A DNA stretch of 64,000 bases from an uncultured Gammaproteobacteria bacterium (lineage in GTDB: Bacteria > Patescibacteriota > Patescibacteriia > UBA1558 > S5-K13), in assembly GCA_964424195.1 (NCBI GenBank), contig CAYRHT010000001.1, positions 6,102-70,101 on the forward strand. Direction: 5' to 3'. The number at the start of each line of letters is the position of its first letter. The first letter of the stretch is position 1. The notes beneath the pieces were generated by a model. The model was not told the origin of the DNA and ran no database searches. It saw only the letters and a list, made by a program, of their open reading frames with translations. Shown here piece by piece: positions 1-6,819 of the stretch. The translations under genes were made by a program, and so were the position numbers.

Positions 1-445
1 TTGCCACTCTCTGTTTTTCGCCTCCACTTAAATTATCAGCAGTTTCATCTATTTTATGTTTGAGCCCGACAAGCTCAACTATATTTTTAATCATCTCTTT
101 TTTATTTTCTTTTTTTATTTCGTTTCTGGGGTGAATTGCCAAATAAACATTATCAGAAACAGAAAGCGAAGGAATAATTTTAAAGTCTTGAAAAACAATA
201 CCGATATTCAAAAGGCGAAAACTGGCTAATTTTTCTTCATCAAAATCAGTAATATCTTGCCCCTCAAAAAAAATCTTTCCTTCGTCTGGTTTGACTAATC
301 CTGACAAAATAGAAAGCAGGGTAGTTTTTCCAGTTCCAGATTTTCCGATAATACTTACAAACTCTTTTTCTTTAATAAAAAAATCAAGATTTTTTAAAAT
401 TTGTTGCTTGCCGTATTTTTTAGATATTGATTGCAATTTAAGCAT
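1..445 (-). CDS. ABC transporter ATP-binding protein (N-terminal part; C-terminus cut by the window edge)
   Basis: The minus-strand translation starts MLKLQSISKKYGKQQILKNLDFFIKEKEFVSIIGKSGTGKTTLLSILSG..., which carries a Walker A motif (GKSGTGKTT). The reading frame stays open to position 1. The + strand ORF 291..479 is antisense to it. Confidence 0.75.
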   Translation of the reverse strand, partial: MLKLQSISKKYGKQQILKNLDFFIKEKEFVSIIGKSGTGKTTLLSILSGLVKPDEGKIFFEGQDITDFDEEKLASFRLLNIGIVFQDFKIIPSLSVSDNVYLAIHPRNEIKKENKKEMIKNIVELVGLKHKIDETADNLSGGEKQRVA

Positions 446-446
446 A

Positions 447-722
447 TTATTTTTTATAAAGATTAATAATTCTTTTTAGATTTTTTATTTTTTCATCAGA
501 CACTTTTTTGCCAGACAAAAATTCATTCAAAACAAATCCTTCTAAAGTTTTGGATCGCAAAGTATCAAAAGATTTAGCAATGGAAGTTGTAAGTTGGGCA
601 ATTTCTCCGCAACACTTACCTTGCTCAAGATATTTTTTAAGTGTTTCAATTTGTCCCTGAATTCGGTTTAAATGATGAATATTTTTTTGTCGCCTTACTT
701 TTATATCTTCAGTGATTTTCAT
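447..722 (-). CDS. CsoR/RcnR/FrmR-family metal-sensing transcriptional repressor (DUF156)
   Basis: 91 aa. It contains the KNIHHLNRIQGQIETLKKYLEQGKCCGEIAQL region typical of CsoR-like four-helix-bundle repressors, with His and Cys metal ligands. Its stop is 2 nt from the ABC ATPase start, so the two are likely co-transcribed. Confidence 0.65.
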   Translation of the reverse strand: MKITEDIKVRRQKNIHHLNRIQGQIETLKKYLEQGKCCGEIAQLTTSIAKSFDTLRSKTLEGFVLNEFLSGKKVSDEKIKNLKRIINLYKK

Positions 723-745
723 AGTACAATTTAATTTTATAAAAT

Positions 746-762
746 ATACCCCTACCCCTATA
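746..762. promoter_or_regulatory. Poly-C/G direct-repeat candidate operator (TA-CCCC-TA-CCCC-TA) just upstream of the CsoR-like gene
   Basis: ATACCCCTACCCCTAT lies 25 bp upstream of the repressor start on the minus strand. CsoR/RcnR-type operators are G/C tracts flanked by AT-rich arms. Confidence 0.35.
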
Positions 763-975
763 TATTATAGCAAAAAAAATACGAAGTCAAATTTTATAAA
801 ATCGTTTTCGTAGCGTAGAGAAGAAAATATCTTGTTTCCTCTAAAATTTAAAAAACATTTTTTGCGTAGGTACGGAGCAAAAAATATCCGCTTATCCCCT
901 TTATAAATAAAAGAAAAAGAAATTTGAAAATTTTTTAAAACAATTGGGCGATAGCCCTAAAAAGAAAAGGAATAT

Positions 976-1120
976 TTCAGCTAACGTTTCGGCATATCTG
1001 AAGTTGCGTAGCAATTTGGGTGGAGGCTTTTGCAAAAAGCCGTAACCAGATATGCCGTGTTAGATGATGTAATTAAAAGTTTTTGTTTTGCGATAGCAAA
1101 ACATTATTTGGGGCTATTTT
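976..1120 (+). repeat. Structured intergenic repeat, copy 1: CTAAC box, 10-bp stem GGCATATCTG/CAGATATGCC, inner hairpin GGCTTTTGCAAAAAGCC, GTTAGAT box, tail ...TTTTGCGATAGCAAAA...TATTTGGGGCTATTTTTT
   Basis: Direct inspection. It shares about 80% identity with copies at 2471-2622 and 5049-5135. The outer stem is perfectly self-complementary. Confidence 0.8.
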
Positions 1121-2404
1121 TTAAATATTCGTTTTCTTCCATGTTTCTTCTGGGTCAGGCATTGCATTAAATTGGTCTACAAAATTATTGTACTGTTCTT
1201 CGGTGATGGTAATTTGTTTTGAGCCATCAGCAGAATAATAACTATATGTATTATCTGGATTTTGTTGTGCGGTTTCAATGATACGTTTTAACGGTTCTCT
1301 TTTTTCTCTATATCCAGAAGCATAATTTGCAACCCCATCAATATTATATCCATGATAATCTAAATTTCTGTCTGATTTCATTTTTTTATATTCATCTCTT
1401 TGTTGCAATGCCTGATAAAATCTTTTTGCGTCTTCTGTAGAGGCAAAATTAGCAACAAAACGGGTTGTTTCGCTGTCTGGTTTTAAATCAACTTGGTGTG
1501 TTTTTTGAACATCGAGATGTTTGAATGCGATAGGAATTTTTTCGCTTTTTGCTAATTCAAATGCTAGATCACGCAATTCTTCCATGTTATCCAGGGGGAT
1601 GTCAAAGTAAATTCTTTCTTTTCCCCATTCCAATTGACCAGATTCTTTTAATTTTTTAGCCGCCGCATTTCCATATTCATACCAAAAAACACCAATATCC
1701 GTTTCTCCATTTTTAATTTTAAAGTCCTCAAAATCTTTATCCTCCAAACCCTCATAGTTTTGTCGCGAATTTTGCTCGGGTGTTGTTAGGCTATCACCCT
1801 GAATTTCTTGTTTAGGAATGCCGAGCTCTTCACGAATGGTGTTTGCTTTTTCCTGGTCGTCAATCTTGCTCTTACTTTCTAAAACGTTAAAAGACAATCT
1901 TTGCGCTAGATTATTATAAACGCTTTTGTCTATATTTTTGGCAATATCAAAAGAGAATGGTTTTTCTGGATTATCTTTTTTAAAATCTTCATAGCTCGAT
2001 TTTAATTTTTGAAGCACAAAAGATTCTTCGGGTGATAAATCATCAATTTCTCTTTTCCCTTGAATGCACTCTGTTAAAATTTTTGCTGCATCTTTTTGAG
2101 CATCGGGAAATTTTGTTTTTTGCTCATCAGATAGACCGGAGTATTGCTGTTTTAATTTCTCATCTTTTTGTGCTTCTCGGTCTTGCTCTGCTTTTCTGAT
2201 TTCTTCTAGCGCATTTTGTCTTCTTTCTGTTTCCGATTTATTTTTAGCTTCATCAATATAAATTGGATTTTGCCAAAGCTCGTCTACTATTTCGCTCGGC
2301 ATTCCTTTATACTGCGGAGGAATAGTACTTTGTTTTTCTTCCATATTTTCTGTTGGATCAGCCTCTTGATTTAAATTGTTGTATTGTTGTTCTGGTGATT
2401 TCAT
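1121..2404 (-). CDS. Hypothetical acidic, K/E/D-rich protein (427 aa), a cassette-like ORF
   Basis: Long ORF with no recognisable motif. It is bounded on both sides by the inverted repeat GGGGCTATTTTTTAAATATTC, which overlaps the stop codon on one side and abuts the start codon on the other. Confidence 0.55.
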   Translation of the reverse strand: MKSPEQQYNNLNQEADPTENMEEKQSTIPPQYKGMPSEIVDELWQNPIYIDEAKNKSETERRQNALEEIRKAEQDREAQKDEKLKQQYSGLSDEQKTKFPDAQKDAAKILTECIQGKREIDDLSPEESFVLQKLKSSYEDFKKDNPEKPFSFDIAKNIDKSVYNNLAQRLSFNVLESKSKIDDQEKANTIREELGIPKQEIQGDSLTTPEQNSRQNYEGLEDKDFEDFKIKNGETDIGVFWYEYGNAAAKKLKESGQLEWGKERIYFDIPLDNMEELRDLAFELAKSEKIPIAFKHLDVQKTHQVDLKPDSETTRFVANFASTEDAKRFYQALQQRDEYKKMKSDRNLDYHGYNIDGVANYASGYREKREPLKRIIETAQQNPDNTYSYYSADGSKQITITEEQYNNFVDQFNAMPDPEETWKKTNI

Positions 2405-2470
2405 AAAGAATATTTAAAAAATAGCCCCAAATAATAAATTTTCGAAGAAAATTTAAAAACTTTTAATTAT

Positions 2471-2622
2471 TTCAGCTAACATTCGCGTGTATGAGAAGTT
2501 TGCGAAGCAAATTTGGGCGAAGGCTTTTGTAAAAAGCCGTAGCCTCATACACGCTGTTGTACGATGTAATGAAAAGTTTTAATTTTGCGATAGCAAAATA
2601 TTTGGGGCTATATTTTTTAATT
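2471..2622 (+). repeat. Structured intergenic repeat, copy 2: stem CGTGTATGAG/CTCATACACG, hairpin GGCTTTTGTAAAAAGCC, GTTGTAC box, tail with GCGATAGCAAAA and ATTTGGGGCTATATTTTTT
   Basis: Direct inspection. An inverted copy of the tail lies at 2405-2470, upstream of ORF 1121-2404. Confidence 0.8.
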
Positions 2623-2632
2623 TTTCCAATTT

Positions 2633-3721
2633 TTATAAATATAAATCTTTGTCTAAAAAACAAACCTTTGGTTGATTTTTTTCAAAATCCCATGAATGAA
2701 AAGAGCCACCTAAGCATTCATTCCAATAATCGCATTTTTTGCATTTTTCACAAGCAGTACGATTTTTGTCTCTAAAAAAATCAAATTTATTATTCCAAAT
2801 ATCTGAAAAAGAATCTTTTTTAATGTTTCCTTGTATAAGATTACTTTGTCTTGGAACATTCGGGCAAACAAAAATATCGCCATTATGGAGGATGCTTCCA
2901 ATATTAATTCCTGTTCCGCAGTAGAAAAAATTATTTCTTACTTCATCTTCAAAGTTATCGCCTAAAAAATGAGCGCACCCAAAGGTAATTTTTACTTTTG
3001 ATTTTTTCGCTCGCTTATTTTTCATAAATTGTAAAAATTTCGTAAATTGCTCTTTGTTAAGAAGAATGTCGTTATTACAAATAGCTCTTCCAATTGGATC
3101 TACATTTAAAAGACGCCAATCACTAATTCCTAAAGCAGAAAATGTGTCATACATTTCATCTAAAATATTAATATTATTTTTATGAACAGTTGTTGTAATT
3201 CGAAGTGGGTTTAAAAAATCAGCTTTTGCAAAAAGCCCAATAGCATTTATTGCTTTTTCATAAGCACCTTTTGTGTTGCGAAATTCATCATGAACCTCTC
3301 TGATTCCATCAATACTTATATCAATCGTTATCATGCCAGCATCTTTGGCTTTTTCAACAATTTCTTGAGTAACAAGTGAACCATTAGAAACCATTCCCCA
3401 TTGAAAACCGAGGGAATTGGCATATTTCATAACTTCAAAAAGATCTTTCCGCAAAAGAGGCTCGCCTCCTGTTATTGCTATAGTAATTTTTTTTGCATCA
3501 AAATTTTGAGCAATATCTAATAAAGCTTTTTTAATTTCTTCAGTGCTAATAACTTCAGTAAAAATATTTTCACCAGCACGACTTCCGCAGTGTTTACATT
3601 TAAAATTACAATTCAAAGTACACTCCCAAAAAAGATATTTGAGTTCATGGTTTTCTCGAAGGTACTCACGATGTGCTTGCCACATCTTTTGTCTCCCTAG
3701 TTTAAGAATTTTTTTTAGCAT
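2633..3721 (-). CDS. Radical SAM enzyme with C-terminal SPASM-type auxiliary Fe-S domain
   Basis: The CNFKCKHCGSRAG motif (CxxxCxxC) sits near the N-terminus. A Cys-rich C-terminus (CEKCKKCDYWNEC...) matches SPASM/twitch domains of peptide-modifying or anSME-like rSAM maturases. Confidence 0.75.
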   Translation of the reverse strand: MLKKILKLGRQKMWQAHREYLRENHELKYLFWECTLNCNFKCKHCGSRAGENIFTEVISTEEIKKALLDIAQNFDAKKITIAITGGEPLLRKDLFEVMKYANSLGFQWGMVSNGSLVTQEIVEKAKDAGMITIDISIDGIREVHDEFRNTKGAYEKAINAIGLFAKADFLNPLRITTTVHKNNINILDEMYDTFSALGISDWRLLNVDPIGRAICNNDILLNKEQFTKFLQFMKNKRAKKSKVKITFGCAHFLGDNFEDEVRNNFFYCGTGINIGSILHNGDIFVCPNVPRQSNLIQGNIKKDSFSDIWNNKFDFFRDKNRTACEKCKKCDYWNECLGGSFHSWDFEKNQPKVCFLDKDLYL

Positions 3722-3980
3722 TTTTTCTACTTCGTTTGATAAAAATAACTGTCCCGATAATTATAGCCAAAACAATTATTATGACCATAACAATTGGTGA
3801 AAGAATTACAGAAAGTATTCTTTCCCATAAGGTTGGCTCAGATATAAAACCAATACCATACTCCGGCATTGGCTCGATACCATAAAGCGTTTGCATTTGT
3901 GCAGACATCCCAGTCTGATTGAAAGCAAATGCCATAAATGAACCAAAAATATACAAGAATGTTTTTTTGATTTTTTTCAT
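3702..3980 (-). CDS. Small membrane-anchored peptide (92 aa) encoded immediately upstream of the rSAM-SPASM gene and overlapping it by 20 nt
   Basis: N-terminal hydrophobic signal-like segment, a central MPEYGIGFISEPTLWE segment, a C-terminal TM helix and a basic tail. Translationally coupled to the rSAM gene. Confidence 0.45.
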   Translation of the reverse strand: MKKIKKTFLYIFGSFMAFAFNQTGMSAQMQTLYGIEPMPEYGIGFISEPTLWERILSVILSPIVMVIIIVLAIIIGTVIFIKRSRKNAKKNS

Positions 3981-4007
3981 AGTTTTTTAGTTATTAATAA
4001 TAAAAAT

Positions 4008-4275
4008 TTAAAAATATAGCCCCAAATTAATTTCTGAAAGAAATTATAAAACTTTTCATTATTTCGTACAACGTCTCGGGATATGAGAAGTCCCGATGTT
4101 TTTATTTACTTTAACTTTATATTATCAAATTCCCTTCTTAAGGGGTAATTGTATTTTTAAATTATATTAGTAAATCGGGATTTGAGTGAAAGAAATATAG
4201 CGACCTTAAAACAATCTAATAGATGCTGTATTTCTAGAACCTCATATTCGGTGTTGTACGATGTAAATTTTTTAT
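4008..4275 (+). repeat. Structured intergenic repeat, copy 3 (disrupted)
   Basis: 4008-4063 is an inverted tail fragment (AAAAATATAGCCCCAAAT...). The 5' stem half CGGGATATGAG is at 4076-4090 and the 3' half CTCATATTCGG plus a GTTGTAC box is at 4240-4263. They are separated by ~145 bp of unrelated sequence, which contains another degenerate 5' half at 4187-4198. Confidence 0.6.
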
Positions 4276-4324
4276 TTTAATTTTAATCAAGCTATACTTT
4301 GTTTATCAAAAAAAAATTGATTTT

Positions 4325-4957
4325 TTATTTTTTATCTTGTTCATTTACTTCATTTAAAATATGTTTTGTAAGTTCATTTGCTCTAATTATTTTTATGTCA
4401 GGAAACATTTTTCTTAGTTCATCCACTAAAGGATATAATCTCGTATTAACTACTATTACTCCAATGTTTGCTTCCCATGCCAATCTTTCTCCATTTTGAT
4501 TACTACCTATTATTGTACCCTTTCCAATTTTATTGCCTTTAATTTTATGAAAAATAGACTTATCTTTATTTAAAGATTGATTGTATGGAGAAAGAATTAA
4601 AAATGAACCCATAGTATAACTTCTACATTGACTTGTTTTTAGCTTTCCTTTCCACCCCATTATGGTTTTATTCTGAGCAATATTTATTGCTGCTGCTAGT
4701 TGTTCAATTTCACTATTTCTAGTTATGCCATGACCCTCATATTTTTTGAGTATATCTTCAGGAAGTAAGTTGACAAATTTTGCTATAGCTTCTTTTTCAC
4801 CAAAAACTTCATCCATTTCTTCATTATCACATTGTTCATTTTGAATTCTTTCTTTATATTTTTCAAGAAGCTTAGTAGCTAATTCAAATGACTCATTGTA
4901 TGGAGCGAATTTTTGTTGTTCATTTTTATTTTGTTTTTCAAAAGAGTATTTTTCCAT
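4325..4957 (-). CDS. Hypothetical protein (210 aa)
   Basis: Long ORF. A weak HKIKGNKIGKGTIIGSNQN segment resembles, but does not strictly match, the PLD-superfamily HxK(x)4D...GSxN motif. Confidence 0.45.
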   Translation of the reverse strand: MEKYSFEKQNKNEQQKFAPYNESFELATKLLEKYKERIQNEQCDNEEMDEVFGEKEAIAKFVNLLPEDILKKYEGHGITRNSEIEQLAAAINIAQNKTIMGWKGKLKTSQCRSYTMGSFLILSPYNQSLNKDKSIFHKIKGNKIGKGTIIGSNQNGERLAWEANIGVIVVNTRLYPLVDELRKMFPDIKIIRANELTKHILNEVNEQDKK

Positions 4958-5048
4958 AATTTTAAAATTTTCTTAAAAATTAATAAAAAATCAAATTTTT
5001 TCATGTTTAATTCTACAAATTAGAATTATTATAAATAAAATTTATTTT

Positions 5049-5190
5049 GTATAACGTTCGCGGATATGAGAAGTTGCGAAGCAATTTAGGTTGAGGCTCT
5101 GCAAGAGCCGAACCTCATATCCGCTGTTAGGCGAGGGTGAGCGACCAACGGGAGCGAAAGTGCAATGTCCCCTTGAGTTGCCACCTGAAA
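5049..5190 (+). repeat. Structured intergenic repeat, copy 4: stem GCGGATATGAG/CTCATATCCGC, hairpin GGCTCTGCAAGAGCC, core GTTAGGC, followed by a unique GC-rich tail
   Basis: Direct inspection. The GTTAGGC heptamer at 5126-5132 matches the integron core-site consensus GTTRRRY. Confidence 0.75.
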
Positions 5191-5243
5191 ATTTATTCCA
5201 TTTCTTTGAATTTTGAGAAAAACATTTGTAAAATTTTTCTTAA

Positions 5244-5738
5244 CTATTGAGTAATTTCTAAAATAAGCTTTTTAAAATGTGGGTAGTAAATCCTACCCCA
5301 AATAGGATTCTTTTCAAAATAACTCACTTCATTTGTAGAAGAATTGATAGTAACGGGAATAGTGAACCCCGCCCATTTCTTACCTGATTTTAACATTTTG
5401 CAATACTCTTTTGCGTCAGGAGTGATATTGTTTGAAATTAATACTGATATTACACCAACGCCTGATTGCAAGCCTCTTGGCCAACCATTATAATTACTGC
5501 TTGCGAAAGTAAATGCTTCAGACAAATGTTTTTCTATTAAATCAATAGTTATATTTTCGTTGCCAAAATCAGAAACAACAATAAATGTGTTCAACTGTGT
5601 AGCAAACCAGCTCCATTTAAACTTTTTTTCATAACCAATCACACTTGGTTTTCCAAGTATTTTTTCATCCTTTAGAAAAATTGATTTGGAATTAAGTTTT
5701 TCCTTAATCAAGTTTATGTTCATGTTTTTATTCTCCAT
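5244..5738 (-). CDS. Hypothetical protein (164 aa), recombinase-proximal cassette-like ORF
   Basis: ORF with no recognisable motif. Confidence 0.45.
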   Translation of the reverse strand: MENKNMNINLIKEKLNSKSIFLKDEKILGKPSVIGYEKKFKWSWFATQLNTFIVVSDFGNENITIDLIEKHLSEAFTFASSNYNGWPRGLQSGVGVISVLISNNITPDAKEYCKMLKSGKKWAGFTIPVTINSSTNEVSYFEKNPIWGRIYYPHFKKLILEITQ

Positions 5739-5832
5739 AATTATTTTAGTTAAATAATAATAATAAGTTTAATTGTATATAAATCTTTTCAAAATTCAAA
5801 GTGTTGTCTTCAAATTTTCAGATGGCAATTTC

Positions 5833-5839
5833 GCCTAAC
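5833..5839 (-). promoter_or_regulatory. GTTAGGC heptamer (minus strand) 78 bp upstream of the recombinase gene, a candidate attI-like crossover core
   Basis: It is identical to the R'-like box of repeat copy 4 at 5126-5132. It lies between the divergent recombinase gene and the first cassette-like ORF. Confidence 0.3.
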
Positions 5840-5916
5840 TCCTTATATACGAAGTTATTGACTTTTAGGTTTGAATGAACTAAGTTTTAGATGATAATTA
5901 ATAACCATAAATCATT

Positions 5917-6753
5917 ATGAAAAGCGATTTAAATGGTTCAGATCTTATTCTTAGGTTTGAGCAAGAAATGAAAATTAGAAATTTTAGTCCCAGAACAATT
6001 AAGTCCTATAGCTATTATATAACAGAAATCTTAAAATATACAAGGAAAAGTGCTCGAGATATTAATTCTCAAGATTTAAAAAACTATTTAGAATATTTAG
6101 TTGATCAAAATAAGTCTGGGTCAACTTTAAATATAGCTTATAGTGCTTTAAAACTATATTTTGGGAAGATTCTTCATCGGAGATTCTTTATTTTTTTACC
6201 TAGAGCCCAAACAGAGAAGAGATTGCCCGTGGTTTTAAGTAAAAAAGAAATAAAGAGAATTTTAGAAGGTATTGTGAATAGGAAACATAAATTAATTATT
6301 AGCTTGATTTATTCTTCCGGTTTAAGAGTTTCAGAAGTGGTGAAAATTAAAGTTCAAGATTTGAATTTTGAAAATAATACTCTTTTTATTAAACAATCAA
6401 AAGGTCAGAAAGATAGAATAACAATCTTTGCTAAAAAGTTAGGGATAGAGTTGAAAAAGTATATTAAAGATGGAAATGTGCAAGGAATTCTTTTTAAGAG
6501 TAATCAAAGTAGATTGTTAACAACAAGAACAGTCCAAAAAATATTTTCTCAGGCTTTAGAGAGTGCCGGAATAAGTAAAAAAGCTTCTTGTCATTCTTTA
6601 AGGCATTCTTTTGCTACTCATTTATTAGAAAATGGTACTAATCTTCGATATATTCAAAAATTATTAGGTCATCAAAAATTAGAAACTACTCAAATATATA
6701 CTCAAGTAGCTAGTAATAAATTAAAAGATATCAAAAATCCTTTAGATTTTTAA
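5917..6753 (+). CDS. Tyrosine site-specific recombinase (Xer/phage-integrase family, 278 aa)
   Basis: The C-terminal catalytic region HSLRHSFATHLLENGTNLRYIQKLLGHQKLETTQIYTQV contains the R..H..R..Y motif set. The protein is short, similar in size to XerC/D, and lacks the extra domain seen in classical IntI. Confidence 0.85.
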   Translation: MKSDLNGSDLILRFEQEMKIRNFSPRTIKSYSYYITEILKYTRKSARDINSQDLKNYLEYLVDQNKSGSTLNIAYSALKLYFGKILHRRFFIFLPRAQTEKRLPVVLSKKEIKRILEGIVNRKHKLIISLIYSSGLRVSEVVKIKVQDLNFENNTLFIKQSKGQKDRITIFAKKLGIELKKYIKDGNVQGILFKSNQSRLLTTRTVQKIFSQALESAGISKKASCHSLRHSFATHLLENGTNLRYIQKLLGHQKLETTQIYTQVASNKLKDIKNPLDF

Positions 6754-6819
6754 GACAAAACTCTTGACTTAAACTCTTTTTTCGGTTAGTATTCTATTAC
6801 TTATAAATATACATATATT

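Noticed and set aside
291-479. + strand ORF (62 aa) in the ORF track
   Set aside because: It is antisense to a clear ABC-ATPase reading frame containing a Walker A motif, so it is treated as spurious.
2472-2775. ORFs 2472-2663 (-) and 2557-2775 (+)
   Set aside because: They lie over repeat copy 2 and the 3' end of the rSAM gene, have low-complexity translations and no SD site. The repeat explains the open frame.
2710-2924. ORFs 2710-2901 (-) and 2739-2924 (+) inside the rSAM gene
   Set aside because: They are alternative-frame or antisense ORFs within a well-supported CDS.
4299-4499. + strand ORF antisense to 4325-4957
   Set aside because: The overlapping longer minus-strand ORF fits the same-strand cassette pattern, so this one is rejected.
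4325-4957. PLD-superfamily (HKD) nuclease call for the 210-aa cassette protein
   Set aside because: The HKIKGNKIGKGTIIGSNQN segment does not satisfy strict HxK(x)4D(x)6GSxN spacing, so it is kept as hypothetical.
780-5200. Possible CRISPR array, given regularly spaced repeats
   Set aside because: The repeat units are ~100-150 bp with internal hairpins and separate whole protein-coding ORFs rather than 25-45 bp repeats with short unique spacers. No cas genes are nearby.
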